From positions 207,826,001 through 207,890,000 of the forward strand of contig NC_086097.1 of assembly GCF_963921235.1 (NCBI RefSeq): a stretch of DNA of 64,000 nucleotides. Reading direction: 5' to 3'. The notes beneath the pieces are model-generated. The model was given only the letters and a program-made list of their open reading frames with translations, had not been told where the DNA came from and did not search any database. Positions 1 through 12,334 of the stretch are shown one piece after another. Source of the stretch: Mobula hypostoma (lineage: Eukaryota). The position numbers and the translations under genes were made by a program. Position 1 is the stretch's first letter. Each line of letters begins with the position of its first letter.

Positions 1-299
1 AATTGTATCCAGCAAAGCAAGTCTTATCAATTAACATTAACAATCCATAACCAAACACAATCACAGACAAATAAAAAAACTCATTTATACATGTCACACC
101 AGTTGACATTAAGTGTATATTATTAATACTTGAAAGTAATGGATTAATTTTAAAGAAAATCAATTTTAAAAAGTTAACTCAATCTAAAGGGATAAAAAGG
201 TAGTTCAAAACTTTCTGGTAGGGAAAGATGCCGCTTATTGCAGAGTACCATGAGGATGAAAGCGCACGAGCTATAGCCAAATGTCTATTCCTCTGATAG

Positions 300-1818
300 T
301 CAAGGCAAGTCACTTTTTATTGATATTTCGACCATAACTGCTGGTACAGTACACAGTAAAAATGAGACGTTTTTCAGGACCATGGTGCTACATGAGACAA
401 TACAAAAACTACACTGAACTACGTAAAACAACACTAGACTACAGACTACCCAGGACTGCATAAAGTGCACAAAACAGTGCAGGAATTACCATAACTTTGT
501 CACATGGTGTGAGCAGAATTATCTGCAGCTTAATGTGAAAAAGACTAAGGAGCTGGTAGTAGACCTGAAGAGAGCTAAGGTACCAGTGACCCCTGTTTCC
601 ATCCAGGGGGTCAGTGTGGACATGGTGGAGGATTACAAATACCTGGGGATACGAATTGACAATAAACTGGACTGGTCAAAGAACACTGAGGCTGTCTACA
701 AGAAGGGTCAGAGCCGTCTCTATTTCCTGAGGAGACTGAGGTCCTTTAACATCTGCCAGACGATGCTGAGGATGTTCTACGAGTCTGTGGTGGCCAGTGC
801 TATCATGTTTGCTGTTGTGTGCTGGGGCAGCAGGCTGAGGGTAGCAGACACCAACAGAATCAACAAACTTATTCGTAAGGCCAGAGATGTTGTGGGGATG
901 GAACTGGACTCTCTGATGGTGGTGTCTGAAAAGAGGATGCTGTCTAAGTTGCATGCCATCTTGGTCAATGTCTCCCATCCACTACATAATGTATTGGGTG
1001 GGCACAGGAGTACATTCATCCAGAGACTCATTCCTCCAAGATGCAGCACAGAGCGTCATAGGAAGTCATTCCTGCCTGTGGCCATCAAACTTTACAACTC
1101 CTCCCTTGCAGGGTCAGACACCCTGTGCCGATAGGCTGGTCCTGGACTTATTTCATAATTTACTGGCATAATTTACATATTACTATTTAACTATTTATGG
1201 TTCTATTGCTATTTATTATTTATGGTGCAACTGTAACGAAAACCAATATCCCCCGGGATCAATAAAGTATGAATATGACTATGACTATGATGATGACAAT
1301 AAATAATAAACAAGACAATAGGCACAGTAGAGGGCAGTAGGCTGGTGTCAGTCCAGGCTCTGCGAATTGAGGAATCTGATGGCTTGGGGGAAGAAACTGT
1401 TACATAGTCTGGCCGTGAGAGCCCGGATGCTTCAGTGCCTTTTGCCAGATGGCAGGAAGGAGAAGAGTTTGTATGAGGGGTGTGTGGGGTCCTTCATAAT
1501 GCTGTTTGCTTTGCAGATGCAGTGTGTGGTGTAAATATCTGTAATGGTGGGAAGAGAGACCCTGATGATCTTCTCAGCTGACCTCGTTATCTGCTGCAGG
1601 GTCTTGCGATCCAAGATGGTGCAATTTCCGAACCAGGCAGTGATGCAGCTGCTCAGGATGCTCTCGATACATCCTCTGTAGAATATGGTGAGGATGGGGG
1701 GTGGGAGATGGACTTTTCTCAGCCTTCGCAGAAAGTAGAGACGCTGCTGGGCTTTCTTGGCTATGGAGCTGGTGTTGAGGGATCAGGTGAAATTCTCCGC
1801 CAGGTGAACACCAAGAAA
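300..1818 (-). mobile_element. Rex/Babar-type LINE, 3' portion (interrupted by a nested copy at 495-1295)
   Basis: Minus strand encodes [53 protein letters not shown]. The 3' UTR with AATAAA and a short-repeat tail ends near 300. Confidence 0.8.
495..1295 (+). mobile_element. Rex1/Babar LINE, 5'-truncated, young family
   Basis: ORF 535-1134 ([29 protein letters not shown]). AATAAA plus (TATGAC)n tail. Imperfect TSD accataa (488-494) / acaataa (1296-1302). Confidence 0.88.
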
Positions 1819-1820
1819 CA

Positions 1821-2347
1821 CGTCATCATGAAGTGTTTCGAGAGGCTTGTCATGGGGCACATCAAGACCCTGCTGCCCCCCTCACTGGACCGCCTGCAGT
1901 TCACGTATCGTCCCAACCGTTCAACAGACATCTCCATCACCCTCCACCTGGCCCTAACCCACCTGGACAAAAAAAGACACCGACGTTCAAATGCTGTTCC
2001 TCGACTTCAGTTCAGCATTCAACACAATCATTCCTCAGAAACTGATTGGAAAGCTGAAACTGCTGGGCCTGAACACCTCCCTCTGCAACTGGATCCTAGA
2101 CTTCCTGACTGGGAAACCTCAGTCAGTCTGGATTGGAAGCAGCATCTCCAATACCATCACACTGAGCACAGGAGCCCCCGAGGGCTGTGTGCTCAGTCCA
2201 CTGCTGTTCACTCTGCTGACCCACGACTGTGCTGCAACACACAGCTCAAATCACATCATCAAGTTCGCCGATGACACGACCGTGGTGGGTCTCATCAGCA
2301 AAAACGATGAGTCAGCATAGAGAGGGGAGGTGCTGCGGCTAACGGAC
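1821..2347 (+). mobile_element. Rex/Babar RT core segment, inverted relative to 300-1818
   Basis: [59 protein letters not shown], with frameshifts. Confidence 0.85.
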
Positions 2348-2572
2348 ACTGAGCTGAATTGTAAATGAACTCTTTTGATTTTGTGTTTTATATTCTGTGT
2401 TTTTTTGCTCATTCTTTCTTGTTGCTCTTTGTGCAATTTGTTTTTTGTGTGGCGGGGGGGTTGTTGCTTTTCCTTGAATGGGTTTCATTGTCTAGCTGTG
2501 GGGAAGGAGAATTGTAGGGTTGTATACTGCATACATACTTTGATAATAAATCTACTTCGAATCCTTTGAATC
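2348..2572 (+). repeat. 3' end of a non-autonomous retroposon with (CTTTGAA)-type tail
   Basis: T-rich tract then tactttgataataaa..cttcgaatcctttgaa, similar to the end of 19483-20469. Confidence 0.5.
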
Positions 2573-5229
2573 TCTTATTGCCCTGCTTCATTCTGAAAGT
2601 TTCATTCACATTTTGTAGCCTCTGGACATCAATACTTCAAATTTTCTCTGGTTACCTTTATCTCTTAAGAAGCTTGACTCTGTGAAAAATCTGCTGCCAA
2701 AGTGTTCCTTGTAGCCGGTCCAGATACACCTCAAATTTAAAATCTTATCTTTACATTCAAATCCAAGCATGACCATGCATCTTTGCCCATATTTTGCACC
2801 CTTCTGCAGCTCTCATGAATGACTGGATAGAACTAAAGAGAAAAGGTTATAAAACAGAAAATCCTAGAAATGCACTAAGGATCAGCAGTATCTGTGGATG
2901 CTAAGACAGAGTTATTGCTTCTGGTCCACGACCTTCCACCAGAATTTGGAAAAGTTAGAGGTAAAATAAGTTTAAGTGGAAAATATGCAGAGGAAAATGA
3001 AAAGTAAGATTTGACTCACGGATTTTATTTTCCAGAAGCTATCTTTACACAAAAGATGCCATCTCTTACATTCACTGGTAACCTTGATCAATAGGAGGCA
3101 GGCTAGGAGGAGGGCTTTATGCACCATTCCAGAAGTTCCAGATACCAGCCCAGAACCTCTAGAAAATCCTGACTGATGGCAGCCACTGTTTTCTCCTCCA
3201 GCAATAGGAATCCCACAGAATGGAGTAGTTCAGAAGGAAGTATCAAGGTGATCTGCACATCAGTGTCTACTCCTTCAGTGCAGAGATCATCACTAGAAAC
3301 TGATTTGTTTATGATGAGATCTGGGTTCCTTCAGTGAAGAGCCACTCATCAGAAAATAGAGCAATATTGTAGCAAGGCAGTTCAGTAATTAAAATAGGGA
3401 TTCATTCACTTAGACATACACTCCATTCAAATGGAATGCAAAACAATTATGATGGATTTTATACATCACTCGCGTTTTGTTGATTGGAGTGGTTGGAATA
3501 TTTAGAGTACAGGGAAAGTCACTTGTAGTCCATTGGTGATATTATGATTTTGTAGGTTTCTGGAGAGGTGTTTCTCTACTGGGGAGTCCTTTGGAGCCTG
3601 TGTTATGAATGGTACCCTCCCCTGCATAGCTGCAAAATGAAGCTGTGACTGCTGAGTAGAGAAGCAAGCTCACCCATTTCCCAGTGGTCCTTGTCTTTCT
3701 CTCGATCCTGACATTTCTCTGGCTCTGTCTAATGACTCTCAGGCTCTGGGTCTTCCTGCTGTTCCTCCTCAGACGTCAGCTTCTGTCATCTATTTGCAAG
3801 ACTGTACAGAATATGATGAAGCCACGCAAGCAACAAAGCTTCATCTTCGGGTGTCAATGGTGTTTGACACAGCAGTCCTGGTACAGGTATTGTGCAGTTG
3901 GGGAGTTCTCTTGTACGAGTACTCAAGAAAGTACGGCTAAAGCCTTTTCCCCCAGGATCTATCCCTCTGGGCAATGGCAGCCATTGGCAATGATAACTAG
4001 TCTGGTCTCCCTCAGAATAAGGGAATCATTGTCACGTGTGCTTACCAGAACCAAAGCATTCAAAATGCAGAAATTCATCTCACAATCCACAGCACATTAA
4101 AGGAGTGGAATCCAGTCCTGCTAAGAAAAAGTCATCTAGGTATTTCTGTCTACCCCTCTAATCATGAGTTGTGTCAATGGCTGGCACTGCACTAGTGGGC
4201 TGAGATGCCATCTGCTCCTCAGAAGAGGAAATCATTTCTATGCAATGCATCTGATGCTGGCAAATTAAGCATCATGATAGAGATGTCTTGAATGTTTTGA
4301 AAGATCCTATTGGTGAGCAAGTTGAATTTGATCTCAAAGTAGACAGCTTGAATGCCTCAAGAGTATAGCTGACAAGAGTGTTGCCTTTCCACAGAATCCC
4401 ATATAGTTCCATGATGATGGAAGAATAATAAGCAGAGATTCATTCCCAGTTACAATTGAACACAGTTTCATTAACCAGGGTTTCATCAACCAGGGTTTCA
4501 TCACATTATTTGTAGTTTACTGTGGAGAGGCTATTGTTACCTAGAAATTGAATCATGTAGTTCAATATGTTTTCATATGCCAAGGGTGCAAAATTAGGTT
4601 ATATCTGGAGTAGATGATGCTCAAGATGGTTAATGGGTGTATCTTGGACTATCTAAGCCTGTGAGTACATTATTCATCTTAGAGGTCCAAGCTGAATGTG
4701 GGGGACTGCAAATAATGTTTGTAAGTCAGATCTTCGACAATGGTCATGCTTTCACTTCCTGCATCGAGGAATCCAAACCACCTGAGAAGTCATGGCCTAT
4801 CAATTCCTCTGGTAATGCAGCGGTGTTGCCACACAGGTTCCCATGTAATGAATTTCTCACCAGTTAGTCACTAGAGGAAAAATCTTCTATTGGTATAAAT
4901 ACATTCTAGAGATTTTGGAAGGTACTTGTCCAATCAGTCTTCTGTGTCAGATGTCCCTTTAATTACTGCGAAAAGCAACATACCAGTTCAATAAGCTCTT
5001 CATTTTATTGCAGCAGTTCCGTGTGAGGCATTGAACTCCAATTTATTTCAGTGCAAGCAGAAACATATGACCAGTGAATTCATAATACTTGATACTAGCT
5101 GGAGTCAGTTATATGAATATGGCTGAGGCACAGAAGTATTGAGTTCACCATTAACAATCATGAGCACAATCTACTCCAGATATAATCTAATTTTGTGCCT
5201 TGACTCATTAAAAAAAATGTTAAACTACA

Positions 5230-5365
5230 TTAACACAAGAGATCCTGCAGACGCTGAAAGTACATAGCAACACACAGAAAATGTTTGAGGGATTCAGCAG
5301 GTCAGGCATGGAAATGAATAAATAGTTTTCATTTCAGGACAAGGCCCTTCATCAGGACTGGAAAG
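5230..5365 (-). repeat. Penelope-like terminal repeat fragment with hammerhead core
   Basis: Minus strand CTGATGA-AGGGCCTTGTCCT-GAAA (5355-5332), followed by tgcctgacctgctga. Confidence 0.6.
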
Positions 5366-5599
5366 TTCAAGGCAACAATGGCCTCTCTGCAGAAAATTGC
5401 AAATAATATGATGAAACCCTGGGTAATGAAACTGCATAAAATAGTAACCGTGAATAAATCTCTGCTCATCATTCTTCAGAGCACATCTAAACAGTATAAT
5501 GAAAAAAAAATCTCCTCTCTTCAATTGGAGTTTAATTGCAATTCAAAGGCCTGAAACAAAAGTTCAATTACTTGAGTCTGTGCTTAAAAAAAAAACACT

Positions 5600-5850
5600 T
5601 TTGTAGGACCTCTCATGATCATGGTTCATCCCAAAGCATGAACTGAATCAGAAATGCTGCAGCTAATTCAACTGAAGCCAAGTTTCCACAAAACACAATG
5701 AAATAATAATAAAATTATGCTTTTGCTATGTTAATTGAGAAATAATTTTTGGTGATGATACTAGGTAGCACCGCTTCACTCTTCTTCAAAATCAGACTGT
5801 GGTTACTTTTACATCCACTTGGGGATGGGCTTTGCTTCAACATTTGCCCA
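5600..5850 (-). repeat. Deu-domain SINE (SacSINE1/AmnSINE1-like), degraded
   Basis: ctcttcttcaaaat..ttttacatccac and catcccaaagc resemble the reverse complement of the DeuSINE core and tail as I recall them. Confidence 0.5.
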
Positions 5851-5917
5851 TTTCTGCTCCAGTTTCTGGGATTTCATAATGGTGATTTTCTCAGGTAAAT
5901 TTTGAGTGATGCTGGAC

Positions 5918-6295
5918 TTAGCTCGATGACAGAGGCTGCACTGCCATGCTACAAAGTTGCAGGTGCAAGCCCCATTCTGGAGTCCTCAGCACACAATCTG
6001 GGAGAATGCTGCAGCATCAGAACTGAATGCTTATAGATAATACGCCAAGACAGATTTGTTTCTTCGTGTGGATGTACAAGTTCCATTCAGCACTATCCAA
6101 AAAATTCATGAGGCTATAGTTTAAAATTACTCAAAATAAATGCTTCTTCATTTTGCTACTATTTGTGGAACCTGCAAATTGACTCCCTTTTTCCTAACAC
6201 CACAACTGAGACCTTACTTTGAAAGTACTTTGTTGTCTGTAAAACACTCTGGAATAATCTTCGATTCTGAATGGCATTATATAACTTAAAATTCT
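5918..6295 (+). repeat. Deu-domain SINE, degraded
   Basis: tRNA-like head, core gtggatgtacaag..gcactat, and tail aaagtacttt..tgtaaaacactctgg..ggcattatata. Confidence 0.5.
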
Positions 6296-6503
6296 TTCAT
6301 TTCATAAATTACAGTGAATGTCATTTAAGTTGATACACTTGATTTTAATTTGTTTCAAAAATCAGTGATTTACACCTCATTAAAACCCAAAGGCTCAACA
6401 GAAATCTGGAAGAACCCTGAGAAAATTAAATTTACAATAAATAGCTGACATAATTAATATTTGTACAAATGAAATTTGCTCTGACTGTAGCTTTGATACT
6501 CAC

Positions 6504-6856
6504 CATTTCCTATTTTTGTGGCCCCCAACACTATGGCAGGAATCCCAATAATCGAGGCAAGAAGCCAGATGAACACATTCACTACTTTGGCATTCAAAGG
6601 AGTGCGGAAATCTAATGCCTTCACTGGATGACAGACAGCTATATATCGATCAATACTCATCATTGTCAATGTAAAGATGCTCGTGAACATATTGTAATAA
6701 TCAATGGAGGCTACTATTTTACACACCACATCTCCAAATGGCCATGACCCCATTAAATAGTAGGCACTCTGGAATGGCATTGTGCTTGTTGTTAGAGCAT
6801 CTGCTGCAGCAAGATTGAAAATGTAGATATTGGTAGCCGTCTTCATCTTGGTGTGC
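6504..6856 (-). CDS. oprk1: Kappa-type opioid receptor, second coding exon (ICL1 to TM4/ECL2), 353 bp
   Basis: Acceptor tttcttttTAG|G at 6857/6856 completes the split Arg codon. Encodes [63 protein letters not shown]. Donor G|GTGAGT at 6504/6503. Length and phases match the conserved opioid-receptor middle exon. Confidence 0.93.
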
Positions 6857-7289
6857 CTAAAAAGAAATACATAAAGAAAACTTAATTCATTTTTCAATCA
6901 TAGCTCAGGCAAAATAACTGATGCGTATCAGTTCTGATGATACAATTAGTTAAGTACAATTCACTCTAGTTGATACAAATTAACTTATTCCCAATGTAGT
7001 TCTTCTTATCAGGCATTCTGCTAAATCAATGTAGCTGAATGTAAGCTGAAAAATGAGATGAGAAATTTTTAATTGTCCAATCTCTGATAGTGAATTGTTT
7101 GAAATATTTCCTTAATGGTGCAAGCAGTATTACCTATTTTAAATGTAATTCCATTAAAATGAATTTCTGCCTGCCAATGTAGACTTGTAGGAAATTCTTG
7201 CTCATCTGGAATATAATATCATCTGTGCAGTTGCTCAACAGAATTGTAAGTGATAAATCAAGTAGGGTGGTAATTTCTCCCCTCCAGTA

Positions 7290-7622
7290 ATTTTTCCCTC
7301 CCCCTTCACTCCTCTTTTATTCCCCACTCTGGCCTCTTACCTCTTCTCTTTAGCTGTCTATAGCTCCCTCTGGAGCCTCTCCTTCTACCCTTTTTTCCCA
7401 TGGTCCACTCTCCTCTCCTACCAGATTCATTCTTCTACAGTCCTTTACCTTTCCCACCCATCTGGCTTCACCTATCACCTTCCTTCCCCCACCTTCTTAT
7501 TCCCATATCATCCCCCTTCTATGCCAGTCCTGGAGAAGGGTCTCGCAAAAATATCAACAGATTATTCATTTCCCTAGGTGCTGCCAGACCTGCTGAGTTC
7601 CTCCAGTGTTTTGAGTGTGTTA
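7290..7622 (+). repeat. Penelope-like terminal repeat fragment
   Basis: Pyrimidine-rich tract then gtcctggagaagggtctc..tgctgccagacctgctgagttcctccag. Confidence 0.6.
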
Positions 7623-8621
7623 CTAGGACAGTAATGAGATGGATTTGGATGTTCTCAGTGCACATATATAAATTAGTTCATCGTCATGAGATGTATCAAC
7701 AAAGGATAGAAAGTATGCTGTGAAAATATGCAGCCATGAGCAGAGAGGTGAGAAAGAGGCACACAATCATTAGAGAGACATAGTCATCGCTCCAGAAAGG
7801 TTAGGAGTGGAATCATACCATGAAGCTTGATCATAAAAGAGAAATTGAGTTATAAGTCAAGGTGGTCATATAAAGATAACATACCATGTTCCCAGTTCAA
7901 AAGATTATTACTGGTTATTTTAGCAAGGACACCTTAATGCTTTGGAATGGAGTGAAGAGGAATGAAAGAGTTTAGGGGGAAAAAATTAATGCATGTGTGA
8001 TAGAAGAGTTGAAAGAGGAGAAATAACAGCCCTTCATCAAGACTCAGGCCGAATCATTGACTGTTTCTTTTCCTCTATAGATGCTGTATAACTTGCAATC
8101 ATATGGTGAGTTGCAGGACTTTTGACCCAGTAAAGAAGGAAACACCAAAGCACTGGTAAGTCATGATGGCATCCAATTGGGAGAGACAGCTTTCTCATGG
8201 CCTTGCAGCTCTTCTCCATTTTGATGATATGATGGGAGTTGCTCTCAGAATGGTATGGGTAAATAAATGTAGTGCATTTTGGAAATAGCACACACTGCAG
8301 TCATGGTACACTGCTAGCTGAGGGATGGATGGATTGGATGCCAATCAAGCTTGTTGCCTTGTCTTGAATGTTGTGGAACTCCTTCTCACCAAGCAGGTGG
8401 AGAAATTCCAGATTGATCACACCCCTAATGTAGTTTATAGATTGTGAAAAGATTTTTGAGGCACTGGAAGATAAGTCCCTAAATTGAGGGCATACAGCCT
8501 TGCACCTACTTTTGTATCCTCAGTAAACAGGAAAATTATTTGGCGAGCTTCTGGTTAAACATTACCCTGCAGATGTTGATTGTGAAGGACTTGGCAATGG
8601 TTAAGCATTTTCTTGCTTGAA

Positions 8622-8975
8622 AGGGTAGTGGGGTGAAGATGCGTCTCTATAAATGAGATGCTCCTTCTCTCCACTAGCCCACAAGTCACCCTTGGGCAAG
8701 GTGTAACACCTGCTTAGCACCTCCCCATCCCCCCGCCCCCCCAGATTGGGGTCATGAATGGTCATATGAGCAGCTGGTGCATATCACAAATCCTGGTTCT
8801 GCAAACACTGATGCCAGGCAGACAATCTCTCAAGAGTATGGATAATGGCTGGGGTCACCAGTTTTGTAAAGAGACTGCAGAGAAGGCAATGGCAAACCAC
8901 TTCTGCAGAAAAATTTGCCAAGAATAATCATGGTCATGGAAAGACCACGATCATCTATGTCATATGATAGGGCAC
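8622..8975 (+). repeat. SINE with RTE-type 3' tail, within an older degraded LINE (~8290-9520)
   Basis: agaaggcaatggcaaaccacttctg is an RTE/BovB-like 3' motif. Confidence 0.5.
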
Positions 8976-11883
8976 TTAATCTTCCTGTGGCATGATTTTT
9001 TTTGTCAATAATTATCCCAAGCCAAGAACATACTGCTTTACTTGTGATGACTTTGTGCAACCATCAGAAAGTAACAGACGTAACCAATGATGGTTGAACC
9101 AGAGATAGAGACCTGAAAATGTCCTGCAAGTGTACCCTGAGATAGGAATGATTAAATTCCAGTGATGACCCCCTTGCTGTCCATTGCGCCTCTGGTTCTA
9201 CTAGAGCTCACCGATATTATTCCCATACAAATGCTGCCTTGATGCCAAGCACTCTCACTTCCTGAATTCAGCTATTAGATCAATATTTGGACCAAGCCTG
9301 TGATGAAGTCTGGAGTAGGGTAGTCCTGGCAAAATCCCAAACTCAGCAACAATGAGCTGGTTACTGGTGAATAAGTGCTGCTGATTAAACCTTCCGTCTC
9401 TTGCTGATTGATTGAACATTAATTAGAGGGATTGGTTTTGTGCTGCTTGCTGTGGGAAGGACAAATTGATGGGTTAGATGTTAATGGTGTAAGTGTATTA
9501 GAGCAGCTAGTGGATATGTATCAGCAGCCAAGAACCCTGACGTTCATTGGAATGAATTTGACATTTTTGCAACAAGTTTGGCTTTAGAATTTGAGAGAGA
9601 TTTTTTTCTCCAGCCGAATAAAAGACTACTGAAGTACTACCCCTGCACACTGTCCCATTGTAAATCTTCCCATACAGCCATAGTTGTATGCTTCAAGTGA
9701 AAACAATGGTGAATGTATTCAAAGGTAACCTTTTCACTCTGTTTATTCAATTTTGTGAAAGGCGTTTTCAATTTTACAAAATCTTATTTGGACTTCAGGA
9801 ATTTCCAAAACTAGGACAAAACAGCAGCCGTACGTTTTCAAAAAGAATTCCATAATGCGGCTGTTTGTCCTTCCACTTTCATCAGAAGGGTTGCATGATT
9901 GGCTGCTTTCTGTAATTTATTTTTGGCCCACTCTAGCTGTTTTACCTGCTGCTGATGTAAATATTACCCGCTGTCATCTCTTCCTTCGTCTATTTTACTC
10001 GGAACCAACTAACGACGTGTAATTTTTACAATGTTCATGAGGCGAGTTATAGGAAACAAGAGACAACTGCAACAGCGTCAATGCAATTATTCGTCAACAT
10101 TAAAAATATCACAAGCTAAAAATATACCCTCTCATTATTGAAAACAAACGGGTAGTGTCACTGACAGCACACACCCTGGTAAACTGTTGATGCAGTATGG
10201 GGGTATAATGCTCAAATTAAACTTCGGGAAGTAATGCTGTAATCTAGCTTCACTCTGAACATTTTTGGGAGCGTGTGGAATCTTATCATCGACCCCAGAA
10301 GGGCTTGAAGTCATTAGAGAGACCATTCTGCACGTTGAGAGTTAGCCAAAAGTATCAGCTTCAGAACTTACCTGAACAAACCTACAAAGGATCAAAATTA
10401 ACCACTCCGTTGGTGCTCGTCAACCGTGGAAATCAATTCGCTATGTACTGTGAAGACATTTGGGATAAGGAAATGGGGAATGGAGCAAGAATGTGTGTGT
10501 GTGCGTGGATGTGCGGAGCGCATGATTTGCAATACTTTCATCAAATCAAGGTGTACCATTAGGCTAGGATAATCATTTACATTCGAAATATTTGCATATA
10601 TAAGCAACCTCTCTCCAGAAACGGGAGCCCAGTTACAGTCCTGCCCGGAAATTGCAACAGGCAGGCCTGTCTCTGTAAACTGGTGACCATGGTGTCTCTC
10701 TCTGTCTTACTTCGCTGCCCACTTCCCATTTTCCGGATAAGAATAAAACTGACAATAGTTGAAATTCCCTCACTCACGTTAATTGAGTGCAGTTGATTAA
10801 CTTCACTTCGAATTAGTGTTGTTGGGACGTTGAGAGGCGATGAGTTTTAAAGAATTGATAACTAGATTTCGACATCATGAAGTTAGTCTTCATTGCAGTG
10901 AACTGGGTGTATGACTTGTAACACTGTCTATTCCTTCTCTCAGCAAGTGCTTGCCACAATTTTACAAGCTTAAAAACATAAAATATATTTGAATTACTTG
11001 CCAACCCTACAAGGAAATGATCACATTTTCAATTAAAACAAAAAAAAATGCTCGAGGCAACGCTCCATTGCTGGACAAATACAGATCGTACCTGCGTTAC
11101 AAATTCATGCGATTTCTTCAGAAACTGCCTAACCCAAGTCCTTCGAACATTTTCAGATTCAATTTTAAAAAGACCGGTGTTTCTCTTTATCTGCATCTCT
11201 CCCCGTGCAGTAATAATACTCTTGAGTAGTTTAAACATCGGCTTTTAACTAATACACGAATATCTTTTATCTTTTAAATGCACGTAAGAAAAAGAAATGC
11301 TCATTGCGTGGCAATATTTGGATTAATCCGTCCTATAAAACGAATCATTTTTATTGGAAAATTCATTTGAGATTTACGATTTTCGATATCACAAGTGTCG
11401 CTGTGATTATACCGAAAATGCATTATTTTGATGTAGACTTTAATCACTGGGCGACAAATAACAGTCAATTTGAATATTCTTTGGTTTTATAAATAAATAA
11501 ATACCAACATGAGATGGCAAATACGTCGTTTGATCTATCTGCCGTTACGGACCATACCTATAGTGTATGCAATCTCGCAGAAGATTTTTGACCATGGCTT
11601 ATTTTACCTCGAGTTTCTACCCCACCCCCCACCGAAATGCTTTCCACGTACTATTTAATCTAAAGTTATTTAGGTTTTCCGTTAGCTCTTTACTTTTGTA
11701 CCGAGCTACAGAGGACGTTCCAAACTCTCCGATCTCTAATAACCGTCCCCCTAAGACCTGCGCCTATTAATGAGCGTCATCAGTTCAAGTCCTCCGTGTT
11801 GTGAGTGTTCCTCCCGAATCTTTAACTTCCAACAACCTACTTGAGAACCAGAACCAAAAAAAAAGCTAAGGGAATCCCCTTAC

Positions 11884-12146
11884 CTGATGATCACGTACAT
11901 AACTAGGCAGTTGCCCACTAACCCCACTACAAAAACCACCGAGTAGACAGCGGTAATTATGAATGGGATCAGGGTGCTCACTGTGCCGTTTCCGTAGAAA
12001 TCAAGGAAGTCAGTGTTGTTTTCCCAGAAGTAAGAAATGTTTGGGAAAGCGCTGTTTTGGAAGATGGTCAGGCTACATTCTTCAGAGGACTGCAAAATGC
12101 ACTTAGAATCCATGTCTTCCCTTGTAATTACAACTGAGGTGTCCAT
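11884..12146 (-). CDS. oprk1: Kappa-type opioid receptor, first coding exon (N-terminus and TM1)
   Basis: ATG at 12146. Translation MDTSVVITRED...IPFIITAVYSVVFVVGLVGNCLVMYVII-R matches KOR TM1 (IPVIITAVYSVVFVVGLVGN). N-glycosylation sequons NIS, NNT, NGT. Phase-2 donor AG|GTAAGG at 11884/11883. Acceptor tttttttacag ends at 12155, 8 nt before the ATG. Confidence 0.9.
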
Positions 12147-12334
12147 AGTCCTGTCTGTAAAAAAATAAGTAGAAACAAACTAGCAAGGGATATAGAACAT
12201 TGGAATAAGATAACAGAAGATTAAGTAGAACTCTACATTCAGCCAAGCCTAAACGGGCAAGAAGCTTCAGAGCACAAAAATATTACTAGTCCAAGGGAAA
12301 ATAAGCAAATATGTGTTTGACCGGCAATTCTTAC

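Noticed and set aside
3690..3715. Minus-strand TCAGGATCGAGAGAAAGAC resembling the SGSREKD motif of the receptor's last exon
   Set aside because: It reads SGSRERQ, with no TM5, TM6 or TM7 sequence on either side. Treated as chance; the last exon is probably outside the window.
4473..4502. 15-bp tandem duplication aaccagggtttcatc
   Set aside because: Ordinary slippage duplication with no sign of function.
3050..5100. Coding-looking stretch including ORFs 3684-4100 and 3786-3974
   Set aside because: No recognisable motif and many stops. It may be a very old TE but cannot be supported.
6454..6897. 147-aa ORF taken as a stand-alone gene
   Set aside because: Both ends are intronic read-through; the true exon is 6856-6504.
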